Assembly (NCBI GenBank): GCA_034408725.1
Contig: JAWXCN010000053.1
Location: 1 to 53,154, forward strand
DNA from: Candidatus Hydrogenedentota bacterium
GTDB taxonomy: Bacteria; Hydrogenedentota; Hydrogenedentia; Hydrogenedentales; SLHB01
Direction: 5' to 3'
DNA length: 53,154 bases
This document shows positions 41,597 to 51,967 of the stretch, piece by piece. Both the position numbers and the translations under genes were made by a program. Below the pieces are notes generated by a model, which made no database searches, was not told the origin of the DNA, and saw only the letters and a program-made list of their open reading frames with translations. Every line of letters begins with the position of its first letter. Positions within the stretch are counted from its first letter, which is position 1.

Positions 41597-41730
41597 TGAG
41601 AATGCCCCGCAAACGGTTTCGTTTCCACAGGAGAAAAAGAAGTCTAGCATCAGTTGTCGGGAAAATTCGACTGGAGGCCAATTCAGCCGCCGGCAGGGGT
41701 TGCCCGACGCCCACAGTCTGTGGCACAATT

Positions 41731-41744
41731 ATGTATGGATACAT
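41731..41744. promoter_or_regulatory. Candidate toxin-antitoxin operator
   Basis: ATGTAT-GG-ATACAT perfect dyad upstream of the antitoxin. Confidence 0.45.
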
Positions 41745-41784
41745 GAATTAAATGTACGTACCAATGCTGGAGGTTACAGCGGAC

Positions 41785-42006
41785 ATGAAAGCCATTGTTG
41801 CAGACCGTGGGCAAGTCACGATTCCCAAGGTTTTGAGAGATCGGTTGGGCATCACGCCCCGCACGGTTCTTGAATTCCGGGAAGAAAATGGACGGCTCGT
41901 GGCCGAGAAAGCAATACTTGAAGACCCTGTAACGAAGGTGCTGGGGTGTTTGAAACTTAAGAAGAGCACAGATCATCTACTAGATGACTTACGAGGAAGG
42001 GCTTGA
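41785..42006 (+). CDS. AbrB/MazE/SpoVT family antitoxin
   Basis: DRGQVTIPKVLRDRLGI. Confidence 0.9.
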   Translation: MKAIVADRGQVTIPKVLRDRLGITPRTVLEFREENGRLVAEKAILEDPVTKVLGCLKLKKSTDHLLDDLRGRA

Positions 42007-42413
42007 TTACCGCTATTGATACGAACGTGCTCATCGACGTCTTTCGAAACGATCCCACGCACGCCAAACTATCCGCCGATGCCTTACGGCGTTGTCTTCG
42101 CGAGGGCCAAATTGTTGCCTGTGATATTGTTTGGGCAGAACTCGCCGGCCTGTTTAAATCTATCGAATCTCTGAAGGGCGCCATGCGAGAACTACCCATA
42201 AGCTATTCGCCAATGAACGAGGACTCGGCATTTCGGGCGGGTGACGCGTGGCGTAGCTATCGGGCCAAGGGCGGCTCGCGCGCAAAAGTAATCGCGGATT
42301 TCCTAATCGCCGCTCATGCACAGGTGCAATGCGATCGACTCCTCACGCGGGACAGAGGATTCTATCGAGCCTACTTTCCAAAACTGCGCCTGATGAATCC
42401 GCCGGGTGGCTGA
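42003..42413 (+). CDS. vapC: PIN-domain toxin (VapC-like)
   Basis: AIDTNVLID, VWAEL, IADFLIAAHA, LLTRD. TTGA overlap with the antitoxin. Confidence 0.92.
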   Translation: MITAIDTNVLIDVFRNDPTHAKLSADALRRCLREGQIVACDIVWAELAGLFKSIESLKGAMRELPISYSPMNEDSAFRAGDAWRSYRAKGGSRAKVIADFLIAAHAQVQCDRLLTRDRGFYRAYFPKLRLMNPPGG

Positions 42414-43101
42414 CCCCGGATTTCTGAATCCGAAGGTCAAAATCGCCCATCGTTGCCTCTACAATATATCCCCACAAGTTTAGGTACCCATACGGAAACG
42501 GAAATCGGGAAAATGCCGCCTTGGCGAACCCAGCTTCCCTAAACGCCGCGCGCAGTTCAGCTGCCGTGTAGAGATTAGATCGCCACCACCGCCCAATGAG
42601 CGGCCGCGTCACGAGGTTGCGCCGGGTAATAAACAGGACCAGCGCGCCGTCGTGGGTCAGTCGTTCGCGAAGGCCGCGCAGGGCGCCGCTGAATTCGCTA
42701 CGCGGAAGATACTCCATCATCGAAGCGGATACGACAAGTTGGTAGTTGTTCCACGACTCATGCAGCGCCTCCAACTGCAGGACATTGCACTGTGCCAATT
42801 CGATCCCTTCAATGCCACGATTCTTGATGGCCCGGCTAAACCGTTCGAGCATTGCAGGAGTGAGGTCGAACGCATTTATCACCCCAGGAGAAAAACCCCG
42901 CCGTAGCGAAGCCTCCCGGACAGCCAGACTGAGGACCCCAGTGCCGCAGCCTGCATCGAGTACACGCAAACCAGGACGAAGCAGACGTGAGCGGTCAAAG
43001 TGCGCGCGAAGCCCCTGAGGATAGCCCACACTGTGAATGAAGCGCTCATAAATGCCGGACTTCGCCGAGAAAAACTGAAGTGGATTCGTTGCGGCTGGCA
43101 T
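42343..43101 (-). CDS. Class I SAM-dependent methyltransferase
   Basis: RVLDAGCGTG, FDLTPAML, VSASMMEYL. The 3' end overlaps convergent vapC by 71 nt. Confidence 0.88.
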   Translation of the reverse strand: MPAATNPLQFFSAKSGIYERFIHSVGYPQGLRAHFDRSRLLRPGLRVLDAGCGTGVLSLAVREASLRRGFSPGVINAFDLTPAMLERFSRAIKNRGIEGIELAQCNVLQLEALHESWNNYQLVVSASMMEYLPRSEFSGALRGLRERLTHDGALVLFITRRNLVTRPLIGRWWRSNLYTAAELRAAFREAGFAKAAFSRFPFPYGYLNLWGYIVEATMGDFDLRIQKSGVSHPADSSGAVLESRLDRILCPA

Positions 43102-43124
43102 TTAGCGTTGCTCTAACATCTGGA

Positions 43125-44705
43125 CTAGGGCTTGTCGACTACAAATGGCGGCGGGGTCTCTACGCGCCCCAGTTTAAGGTATTCGCCATCGTGCACAGTT
43201 TCGGCGCCAGCCGGGATTTCCACGAAGGACAGCTTGGCGAACGGTCCTAGAATTAGGAATTTTCTCTCGTTTTCTGCGGCTGAGACTGAACTTAGCCCCA
43301 ACACAGGCGCAATACGCCCAAGGGGTTCTGGGTGTTCTTTCGTAGCCAAGAAGAGGACCTGGTCGTACTTCTGCCAGTCACTTGCGCGCACTGCCGAGGC
43401 CTGCGCAACGTGGGTGCGCAGCACCCAAGCGACGTCCCATTCCATCCCGTGCATTGCGACAACGAGCGTCCGCTCTGGGTGAGGTATGTGAACGGACGAT
43501 GCCTTTAGTTCAGCGTACGCCTCGTCGCTTACGATGCGCCATCCACCAATCACGCCCTGCAGCAGCCCCGGCACGATCATGATAGGAATACCAACTGCGA
43601 CAAGAACACGACGCGTACGACTGGGCTCACTGTGGATTACCGTAAATACTGCGACGACGATGGCAGGCAGCGCGGCAATGAATATAAGACGCGGTGAGGC
43701 ATCGTTCCTGATCCAAGGGCCGGTAATTAAGACGATAGCAATGACGCTTCCGCAGACGAGCGCAATATCCGCGTTGGACAATCGGCTACGATTCCGGTGA
43801 ACCGTCCGAAATACGATCCCAGCCAAGCCGCCAAGTGCACCAAGATGTGCCACCAAGAGAAACACACCGAGAAGTGTGAATTCCATTGGCCGAGTGGAGG
43901 CGGATTGCCTCAACGCGAAACTAAAGGGGTTTGCCATTGCTCCTAAAAGTCGCCCTATTCGGGCCGGATCGAATTTCCAGAAGACATAACCTTCTGCCAA
44001 CGCGACGGCCAGGATGGACACAGCGATTGTCGGGATAGTAACGCGAAGTGGCGGTCCAGATGGCTGCATGATGTAGACCGAAATTACACAGACCCATAGC
44101 AACAGGCCTGTGGTGAACGTGCCGATATGCGTCAGTCCCAACAAAACCAGGAACAAGGTGGTCGCGGCTAGGCTAGCGACGGAACGTCGCTCCATGTACG
44201 TGTGCAGCGCGAGTAACAGCGCGGCCAGCCACACAAGCGCAAGGGCGTTTTTGTCGAAGTTCCCCGTCATTAACATAAATGGTGCGCCAACAGATGCCAT
44301 CGCCGCGGCAACGAAGGGTAAACGCGAGCGTTGACACCCCACGCGGACACACCACGTGCGACAAAGAAGGAACACTGGAATAGCAGCCAGTGGTGGCAAC
44401 ATCGCAATACATAATTTCACCGCAAGCACGATGGAGGGCTCTAGCGCGAGACCCGTCACCTTATGTATAGTCGCCGCGAGCCCGGCGTGGATCGCAAACA
44501 TACATGGGTAGTCGGGCAGGCCCAACGCCCCTTTTTCAAGGAGCGATCGTACTTGCACGGGGCTATAGGCGCCATTGACGCCCGGCATCCGTTCCCCGCC
44601 GCCTAGCATGCACCCGCGGACGCAAACGCCCACAAGGTAGGCGATGAAACAGGGTACAAATCTATCCGAAATCAGAATCTTATACTTTTCGATTTGCGTG
44701 TGCAT
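43125..44705 (-). CDS. Polytopic membrane protein, possibly GT-C fold
   Basis: More than 10 TM segments. GVNGAYSPVQVRSLLEKG loop after TM1, KNAL, TH, and a soluble C-terminal domain. Confidence 0.65.
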   Translation of the reverse strand: MHTQIEKYKILISDRFVPCFIAYLVGVCVRGCMLGGGERMPGVNGAYSPVQVRSLLEKGALGLPDYPCMFAIHAGLAATIHKVTGLALEPSIVLAVKLCIAMLPPLAAIPVFLLCRTWCVRVGCQRSRLPFVAAAMASVGAPFMLMTGNFDKNALALVWLAALLLALHTYMERRSVASLAATTLFLVLLGLTHIGTFTTGLLLWVCVISVYIMQPSGPPLRVTIPTIAVSILAVALAEGYVFWKFDPARIGRLLGAMANPFSFALRQSASTRPMEFTLLGVFLLVAHLGALGGLAGIVFRTVHRNRSRLSNADIALVCGSVIAIVLITGPWIRNDASPRLIFIAALPAIVVAVFTVIHSEPSRTRRVLVAVGIPIMIVPGLLQGVIGGWRIVSDEAYAELKASSVHIPHPERTLVVAMHGMEWDVAWVLRTHVAQASAVRASDWQKYDQVLFLATKEHPEPLGRIAPVLGLSSVSAAENERKFLILGPFAKLSFVEIPAGAETVHDGEYLKLGRVETPPPFVVDKP

Positions 44706-44870
44706 ATTGTCAATCCCACGAGTGCCGCGGATGTCGCGCTTGTTCCAAGTATCTCAGTGCCGAACCAGAATGTTAGGGCGCGAACACCTCGCGCGCAACG
44801 CGGCGCGGCAAAGCGCATCCATATATGTGTCGGCCGTTCGAGTATAATCGATTGCTAAAGCTGGCTGTGT

Positions 44871-46358
44871 GTGAAAGGGGACCCCGTGACTGTGAAAGAG
44901 ATGTTTTCCAGGCGCCTGTCGGTGCGCCACGCCATCGGTAGTATCGCGGTTTTGTTGTGTTGCGCCGTGGCACTGCCGCAATGCAATCCTGGCGGGCTGT
45001 CGACGCCGGATTTCACCAAGATCAGCGAAAATGGATTTGACGCGGAAGACAACGCAATCGATCACAACGATTATGCGTGGTCGATGTGTTGGTTTCAGCC
45101 CGACGGCGCGAGCGAAGGCCATGTGTACGTGGGTACGGGAAACAACTTATTCGACATCTCGGATTACGTCGCGCTGGCCAATAGAAACGGCGACCCGCTA
45201 ACTGAACTGCCGTCGCGCCCGCCGGAAATTCGACGATACACCCCACATGGTGATTGGGAGAAGGTGTTCGATTACAGCGACGTGGAGAACGACGAACTAC
45301 AAACCTACGGGTTCCGGCGCATGATTATGTATCGCGCCAAGGACGCTGTCGATACAGTCGTGCGATCTAAATTCGTGTATGCGGCGTCGCAAGGAATCGG
45401 CGCATCAATTTGGCGCAGCAAGTCAGGCGACGCAGGCGATTGGGTCCAAGTGCATTCGACCGGTCCGGACAACCCTGCGTCGATCCGCGCGATGGCCGTA
45501 CACAACGGAAAGCTATACCTTGGTTACGCGTATGACATCGCGAATGCAGACATTCAGCCCGGGGAAATTTGGACTTCCAACGACGGGATCAACTTCGAAC
45601 CGCACATGCAAGACGGGTTTGGCAATGCGAACAATCGCGGCATCGAGACGCTGATTTCGTTCAATGGCTGGCTATACGCAGGCACCAAAAACGACGCCGA
45701 GGGCTACGAGATATGGAAGTTGGAAGGCCCGGACGGCGGCGGTGCGATAAAGGTAGTCGATCACGGCGGCCCAGACCCCCACAATGAAACCGCGGGCACC
45801 GCGAAGGTATTCAAAAACAAACTTTATATAGGCAGCATGATCTACTACGGCGTCAATACTCGCGAGGGATACGGCCTCAAGGGTTGCGACATTATTCGCA
45901 TTGATAACGACGATCAATGGGAGACCATTGTCGGCAAAAGTTCAATTTCCGGCTACGACTCCGGATTTAACTTCTTTACGAACGTGTATTGCTGGCAATT
46001 AGAGGAACACGACGGATGGCTTTATGCGGGTACGTATGACTTTGGAACTACCCTCGGGGGCATCATCTATACCTTTCCTGCGAGGATTGAGAACTTCATC
46101 GGGCAGGGTGACGGAGATAGCCAGTCACATACCTTGGTAATGCGCGATAGTTGGATGCGCCTTACGGAAGCCGGCGCCGATTTGTTTAAAACGCAGGATG
46201 GAGTCCACTGGTTCAACGTCACTCAGGACGGCTTCGGCAATCGCAACAACTACGGTTGGCGCGCGATGGCGTCCGCGCCAGATGGCAGCTTATATCTTGG
46301 TTCCGCAAATCCGTTCGACGGCCTCGAAGTCTGGAAAGCAAGCCCGGATCAGGAATAG
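44871..46358 (+). CDS. Secreted or lipoprotein beta-propeller-like protein
   Basis: Signal peptide with Cys. Repeated LY(A/L/I)G(T/S) strands and DGFGNxNNxG motifs. Confidence 0.7.
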   Translation: MKGDPVTVKEMFSRRLSVRHAIGSIAVLLCCAVALPQCNPGGLSTPDFTKISENGFDAEDNAIDHNDYAWSMCWFQPDGASEGHVYVGTGNNLFDISDYVALANRNGDPLTELPSRPPEIRRYTPHGDWEKVFDYSDVENDELQTYGFRRMIMYRAKDAVDTVVRSKFVYAASQGIGASIWRSKSGDAGDWVQVHSTGPDNPASIRAMAVHNGKLYLGYAYDIANADIQPGEIWTSNDGINFEPHMQDGFGNANNRGIETLISFNGWLYAGTKNDAEGYEIWKLEGPDGGGAIKVVDHGGPDPHNETAGTAKVFKNKLYIGSMIYYGVNTREGYGLKGCDIIRIDNDDQWETIVGKSSISGYDSGFNFFTNVYCWQLEEHDGWLYAGTYDFGTTLGGIIYTFPARIENFIGQGDGDSQSHTLVMRDSWMRLTEAGADLFKTQDGVHWFNVTQDGFGNRNNYGWRAMASAPDGSLYLGSANPFDGLEVWKASPDQE

Positions 46359-46406
46359 CCATTTCTGCCATTAAAACGATTGCGCTCACTGGCAAGAATA
46401 ATAGAA

Positions 46407-46483
46407 TGGTCGGGGCGACTGGATTCGAACCAGCGGCCCCCTGCTCCCAAAGCAGGTGCGCTACCGGACTGCGCTACGCCCCG
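46407..46483 (-). tRNA. tRNA-Pro(TGG)
   Basis: Minus strand CGGGGCGTAGCGCAGTCCGGTAGCGCACCTGCTTTGGGAGCAGG...GGTTCGAATCCAGTCGCCCCGACCA. Confidence 0.97.
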
Positions 46484-46579
46484 ACGGAAACTCGTACTTT
46501 AGCACAGGCATGCGCATTTTCGCCAACCAGGCAATTTCGAATGCGGCCGAATGGCGCCGAATTTGCCCCACATTAAGGG

Positions 46580-46615
46580 CAAGGGCCGGTGATTTCAAGG
46601 AATCACCGGCCCTTG
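46580..46615. terminator. Perfect 15-bp hairpin after the beta-helix gene
   Basis: CAAGGGCCGGTGATT-TCAAGG-AATCACCGGCCCTTG. Confidence 0.7.
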
Positions 46616-46635
46616 TTGAATCTCAATCCGCGATT

Positions 46636-48147
46636 CTACAGGCCGCGAGCGTCTTCGTTATCGGAATTCAGGTCCGTTTGGCTGGATGCGTTCACGTTGC
46701 CCGCACCTGAAAATACGCTGGCAAGGCTGTAAGCGTACAGTATGTCGTCTCCGCGATCTGCAACATACATCGTCGCTCCGGAGAGGTTTGCGCCCGACGG
46801 ACTGTTCAGCCCGTCGCCACCCGTATCCTCCAAGACCTTTGAGGCCGTTTCAGCGCCGCCCGCGCGTGGATACCGGTAGAACTGTTTGTCGCTGTCGTCC
46901 AGCACGTAGATGTTTGTCGCATCAATCGCCAGACCTTCCGCGCTTCCATTTCCACCGGTGAAGTCAATCGTTTGAAGCGCGTTCAGGTTGCCGGCGCCCG
47001 CGAAGGCCGCTGCCAGCGAATAGCGGTAACTCGCCGTATTGCTGTCGTCGGCAATCCACAGGTCATCGCCATCAATGGCGAGTCCGGTTGGTCCGCCCAG
47101 ACTGCCGGCGGCAGTGTCTTTCAGGACTTTCGACGTGGCCACGAGAGCGCCAGCGGTCGTGTACTTGTACACTTGATCGTCGCTTTTATCGAGGACGTAC
47201 ACATCCGTGCCAATGACGGTAACGCCATTGGCGGCGCCATTGTTACCCGTGAGATCGAAACTTCCCAGGAACTGGACGGATGCGTTGTATTGGTAGACTT
47301 GATCGTCCTGATCGTCCGCAACATAGAAGACAGCCGGGCCGACCGCGCAGGTGAAGTCGATTTCAGGTGCTACTCCGTTGTCCTGCCCGTCATTTCCGTC
47401 ATCATCGATCTGGTTACACGCACGGATGCCCTGAAGCGTATTTTCCTCGGCGCTGTTCCCGTGGAGCTGGTTGCCGTTTGCCCCCTCGGCATCGGTGGCG
47501 AGAATGCCATTCAACGTGTTCTCGTCCGTTTCGTTGTCGAGAAGGTTGTTATCGTCGCCGGTGACGTGAATACCGTTTCCGCCATTTTCCGTGGAATTGT
47601 TATCGCGGACCTGGTTGGCATCGCCTGTTACAAAGATGCCATCGCCGGTGTTCTCGTTGATGTGATTGTTATCGCGCAGCACGTTGCTGTCGCCTTCTAC
47701 CTTGATGCCGATGCCGTTGCCGCTAATTTGCGGCGACCCCGTCACTTCGACCTCGTCATCGAGGATCCAATATCCGATGGCATTATTCATGGCGCGGCCA
47801 TTCTTGAGCACAACGAGATCATCGTTGCTGGCCTCAACCTTGTAGCCGGCGACGTTACTGTTCTTCACGTGCAGATCCAGTATGGTGACTTTGCCAACAC
47901 TATCCTTTACCGTGATGACCGGCAAATTCGGGTCCTCGGCATGAATGGTCACGCTGCAGCCGAAAATGTTCAGCCGTTCCGGCCGCTCGTTCGTAACGAT
48001 AATGTTCTCGGAGCCGAACGGTGTGTCGCCACCTGCCGGACGAGACAGGGCGTCGCAAACCGCGGTATCGCCGCAGTCCGACGCTATAACGCCGATCAAC
48101 AGGAAGCCGTCGCCATTCACATCGCCGTTGGCGTTGATGTAATCTAC
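46636..48147 (-). pseudogene. 5'-truncated right-handed beta-helix + beta-propeller surface protein
   Basis: N-G-x-GI-x-V-x-GDxN repeats, then YVADxxDDxVYxY repeats. The frame continues upstream (VDYINANGD) into an unrelated sequence and a stop, with no signal peptide or RBS. Confidence 0.7.
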
Positions 48148-48476
48148 ATTTCCTGGGTTGGGGAGCGGGCAGCCTGCCCACCGTCAATCCCGCGACAGAT
48201 GACTGGAATCGCAGCGAGTTGGTGGACATCAATACGCCGTTTACGAACTGGGGCGCAAATGGCGACTGGTCCGTTCAAACGTTTTCGTTCACGCTCACCC
48301 AGAACATCGCGTACCTGTCTTTGGGCATTTCGGGAATCAATAGCGTGCACGATTCCTATATCGCGTGGGACATCGCCCCGCAGTCGGTAGTTGTGCCCGA
48401 ACCCGCGACGGCGCTTCTCCTGACCGGCGGAATCGCGGCCCTGGCGGCCATTCGCCGCCGCAAAAAAAGCGCGTAG
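48147..48476 (+). pseudogene. 5'-truncated PEP-CTERM protein
   Basis: Ends VPEPATALLLTGGIAALAAIRRRKK. The frame is open back to a stop at 48135 with no signal peptide. Confidence 0.75.
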
Positions 48477-48575
48477 TTCCGCAACTTTTCATACCGCCCA
48501 ACAGTGGTTATGGCAATCACTGTTGGGCGGTTTGCTTTTCGTCGCTATACAATGTCGCTCCGCCAATACCGGAAA

Positions 48576-50291
48576 CTACATTCGCTCCAGCGCGGTAATG
48601 CCGAGCAGGCCGAGCGCATTCTCAATAGTCGTGCGCGTGGCGGAACACATAAGCCCGCGCGAAATCTTCTGCGCCTCCGTCGGTGCGTCGCGAACGGGAC
48701 ATTCGTGGTAGAACGTGGTAAAGAGCCGCGCCGTTTCCAGCGCGAATTGGGCGATGGGCGCGACGCTACGGGCCGCGGTCGCGCTTGCTACGGTTTCGGG
48801 ATATGTTGCCAGCTTGGAAAGCAGTGCCCATTCGGACGCGGTCTCGACGGGGAACGTCTCCGGCGGGACGCTTGGCATTGGCGCGGCGATTTTACGCAGG
48901 ATTGACGAAATACGCGCGCAGGAGTACTGCACGTATGGACCCGTATCGCCGGTGAACGACATACTCGAATCCCAGTCGAATATCACGTTTTTGTTCGCGC
49001 TCACCCGCAAAATTGCAAATCGAATCGCGGCAACGGCCACGTGCCCGGCGATGGTCTGGCGTTCGCCGGGTGTAAGGTCTTTGCATTGTTCTACGACGCG
49101 CTCAGCGGCGCGCGCTGTCGCCTCGTCGAGGAAATCGGAAAGCAGTACGACCTTACCTTGCCGCGTGGACATCTTGCCTTCCTTCAGCAGGATGTACGAG
49201 TAATAGAGCGGTTCGGGAGCGCGTCTGTTCGCCGATGCAAGGATCATGGCAATCTGCTGCATATAGAGGCGGTGATCGTCCCCGAGCACGATAAGATTCA
49301 AATCCGCGTTCTTTTCCATTTTGTCGATGGTGTACGCGATGTCCCGGTACACGTACATGGAACTGCCGTTCGAGCGCAGCAGGGCGAGGTATCGCCCTTC
49401 GTCATACGTGTGGCCCAATTTTGATAGGTCCACGGAAAGGCGCTGTTCGTCATCGGTAAACAACGCGCCTTTGGCGCGCAATGCATCGAGAATTGCTTCG
49501 AGGCGCGGGTCTTTCACGAAATCCGATTCGCGATCAAACCGGTCATACCCTATGCCCAGCCGCGCGAGCACCGAGAGTTGGCCGCGCAGGCACAATTCGG
49601 TAATTGCGAAAAACTTCTTTTTTGTTTCGGCGTCGCCCTGTTCAATCTTCGCGAGCAACTCGAACCCTTTTTCCGCGAACGAACTGTCCGCCTCTGCGCG
49701 CGCGTTTGCGTCCGCGTAGACGCGGAGCATGTCCTCGAAGGTCATTGACTCCGGGTGATCGCAGGCGAGGACCAGCAGGGCGATTTGGCGGCCAATATCA
49801 TTGACGTAGTAATGCACTTCGACTTCGTAGCCCTCGAAGCGCAACAGCCGCACCAGGCTGTCTCCGATCATGGCGTTGCGCGCGCGTCCGACGTGCGGGC
49901 TTGCGTTGGGATTGATGCTGGTGTGCTCGACCAATGCGCGTTTGCCGCGTCCGGTTGCGTTTGTGCCATACGTAGCGCCGCATTCCAGCACCCGCGCCAC
50001 AATATCGCGCCCGAACACATTGCGGTCCAGCTTGAAATTCACATAAGGGCCGGCGACCGAAACCTCCCGCACGTCGCCGCCAAACTGCGCCTCCGCCACG
50101 ATCCGTTTTGCCAGTTCCGCCGGTGGCAGCCCCAGCTTCTTTGCAGGCTCGAATGTACGCAGCGCGACGTCCGCCATATCAACCTTCGGCGGCGCCGCGA
50201 AAATAAGGTCATTCAGTTCCAGACCGGGAAATGCGGCGATGATCGGGCGGGCGAGGGCCTCATACGTATTCATGCGTTTTGGATATTCCAC
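48576..50291 (-). CDS. argS: Arginine--tRNA ligase
   Basis: GPYVNF, SINPNASPHVGRARN (HIGH-like), KMSTRQG, GDTGPYVQYSCAR, C-terminal LERM. Start may be ATG at 50273. Confidence 0.96.
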   Translation of the reverse strand: MEYPKRMNTYEALARPIIAAFPGLELNDLIFAAPPKVDMADVALRTFEPAKKLGLPPAELAKRIVAEAQFGGDVREVSVAGPYVNFKLDRNVFGRDIVARVLECGATYGTNATGRGKRALVEHTSINPNASPHVGRARNAMIGDSLVRLLRFEGYEVEVHYYVNDIGRQIALLVLACDHPESMTFEDMLRVYADANARAEADSSFAEKGFELLAKIEQGDAETKKKFFAITELCLRGQLSVLARLGIGYDRFDRESDFVKDPRLEAILDALRAKGALFTDDEQRLSVDLSKLGHTYDEGRYLALLRSNGSSMYVYRDIAYTIDKMEKNADLNLIVLGDDHRLYMQQIAMILASANRRAPEPLYYSYILLKEGKMSTRQGKVVLLSDFLDEATARAAERVVEQCKDLTPGERQTIAGHVAVAAIRFAILRVSANKNVIFDWDSSMSFTGDTGPYVQYSCARISSILRKIAAPMPSVPPETFPVETASEWALLSKLATYPETVASATAARSVAPIAQFALETARLFTTFYHECPVRDAPTEAQKISRGLMCSATRTTIENALGLLGITALERM

Positions 50292-50293
50292 GC

Positions 50294-50863
50294 TCAGGGC
50301 TGCGCCGGCTGCGCTGGTTGTGCGTCAACCTCGCTGCTGGCCGGCGCCGTGTCTGTGCCGCCCCGCATGCGTTCTTTCCATTCCTCATCCCGCAGCATGC
50401 GCAGCTCGTCCACTTTCGACAATTTGCGGTCGTCGACGACGACGAGATGAAACCCGAATTTGGTTTGGATAATTTCGCTAAGCTGGCCAATGGGCGCGGA
50501 CCAGACATAATCTTCAATCTCGGCGGTCAATTGGCCTTTTTTCATGTACCCAAGGTTTCCGCCCTTGCTCGCGCTTCCGGGATCGTTCGAGTATTCCTCG
50601 GCGAGATCGCCGAAGTCGTCTCCTTTCAGGATGCGCTCGCGAATGTCGCGCAATTGTTCCTGCGCTCTGCCACGTTCGCCTGGGTCCGAGGCGCTGAACG
50701 AAATCAAAATGTGGCGTGCGTTCACGATGGATTGTTGCGGGGTCAACCCGGAATACAGATACAAAATGCCCATCAAGGCGACAAACAGCACGATGACGCC
50801 CGCCCACACCCACTTCGTATAGTCCCGTGGCTCGGGGGCGTCCTCGTCAAACTCCAAGGTCAT
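50294..50863 (-). CDS. Parvulin-type peptidyl-prolyl isomerase, membrane-anchored
   Basis: ARHILI, FGDLAEEYSNDPGSASKGGNLG, IQTKFGFHLV. Confidence 0.92.
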   Translation of the reverse strand: MTLEFDEDAPEPRDYTKWVWAGVIVLFVALMGILYLYSGLTPQQSIVNARHILISFSASDPGERGRAQEQLRDIRERILKGDDFGDLAEEYSNDPGSASKGGNLGYMKKGQLTAEIEDYVWSAPIGQLSEIIQTKFGFHLVVVDDRKLSKVDELRMLRDEEWKERMRGGTDTAPASSEVDAQPAQPAQP

Positions 50864-51887
50864 CGAGCATTCCTCCATACAGCCGCGAGTAAAACGTGAT
50901 GATGATATAGCCGACCAGACCTCCGACAATCAGGGCGATTAAAACGCCAAGAATTTTCGTGGCGACCTGCACGGCATGGGTGGCTTCCGCGAGGTGATAT
51001 TCGGACACCTTGCGCAGTGTTTGATCAAGGCTGCCAGACTCCTCACCGACGTAGAGCATCTCTCGCGCGGTTGGTGTCAATAACCGCGATTCGGAAAAGG
51101 CCTCGACCAAAGTCTGCCCGTCACGAACGCCCGGTAGCGCCTTCAACAGGTCCTTTTCGAGATACGGGTTAGAAACCACCGCGGCGGAATTTTCGATGCA
51201 ATGATCAATCCGCAATCCACTGCTGATGAGGAGCGACATGCTGCGAAAGAATCGGGCCAAGCCAAATTTGCGCGTCACTGGGGACATCGGCCAAATGTGC
51301 GTCGCAAACAATCCCCAGACGTGGCCGAACAGACCCAGGCGTGAAAGCACGACGCACCCCGCGAATATGCCTGCGGCAATGATCGTTGCGAAGGCCTGAA
51401 ACCGCAAATAAATTTCAAGATATGTCTCGAAATTGAATGTTTTCGCATCGGGTTTGAACATGCCTTGCAGTTCGCTCACTATCCCAAGCGCGAATGTGCC
51501 GAGGTACCACGCGGCGATCAATTGGATGGCGGGATACGTCAATGCGCCGATAATCTGCCGCCGCATCGCCAGCCGGTCTTCAAAGTACTGCGCCAGATCG
51601 CGCAACATCACGTCGAGTTTTCCGCCGCGCTCGCCGGTCGCCAGCATCTCCACGAAAAAGGCGGGGAAATATTTCTGCTGTTCACGCGCGGCCTCGCCCA
51701 AGGTAGAGCCACGGCCAATCGAGTCGTGCATATTCGTGAATATGCCCTTGACGTGCTTGTCCTTTTCCTGCCGGACCACCATCTCGAGTCCACGCTTGAT
51801 CGGAATGCCCGCGTCGTATGCCGTCGCCAGTTGGCGGCAAAGCGGCACGACTTTTTTGAGCGATATTTGGTTTGAAAAAAGGCCCAT
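50847..51887 (-). CDS. Type II secretion F / PilC family protein
   Basis: CRQLATAYDAGIP, GERGGKLD, ALTYP, VGEESGSLD. Confidence 0.92.
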   Translation of the reverse strand: MGLFSNQISLKKVVPLCRQLATAYDAGIPIKRGLEMVVRQEKDKHVKGIFTNMHDSIGRGSTLGEAAREQQKYFPAFFVEMLATGERGGKLDVMLRDLAQYFEDRLAMRRQIIGALTYPAIQLIAAWYLGTFALGIVSELQGMFKPDAKTFNFETYLEIYLRFQAFATIIAAGIFAGCVVLSRLGLFGHVWGLFATHIWPMSPVTRKFGLARFFRSMSLLISSGLRIDHCIENSAAVVSNPYLEKDLLKALPGVRDGQTLVEAFSESRLLTPTAREMLYVGEESGSLDQTLRKVSEYHLAEATHAVQVATKILGVLIALIVGGLVGYIIITFYSRLYGGMLDDLGV

Positions 51888-51967
51888 TGGCGTTTCCGGG
51901 AGTTCGCGGCTATCCAAATCATTTAGTTCACAGAGCGCGTAGTCTAACAAAAGAACTCGGGAATCCG

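Noticed and set aside
46972..48390. 472-aa plus-strand ORF
   Set aside because: Antisense shadow of the repetitive beta-helix gene. It has no motifs and runs out of frame with the PEP-CTERM fragment.
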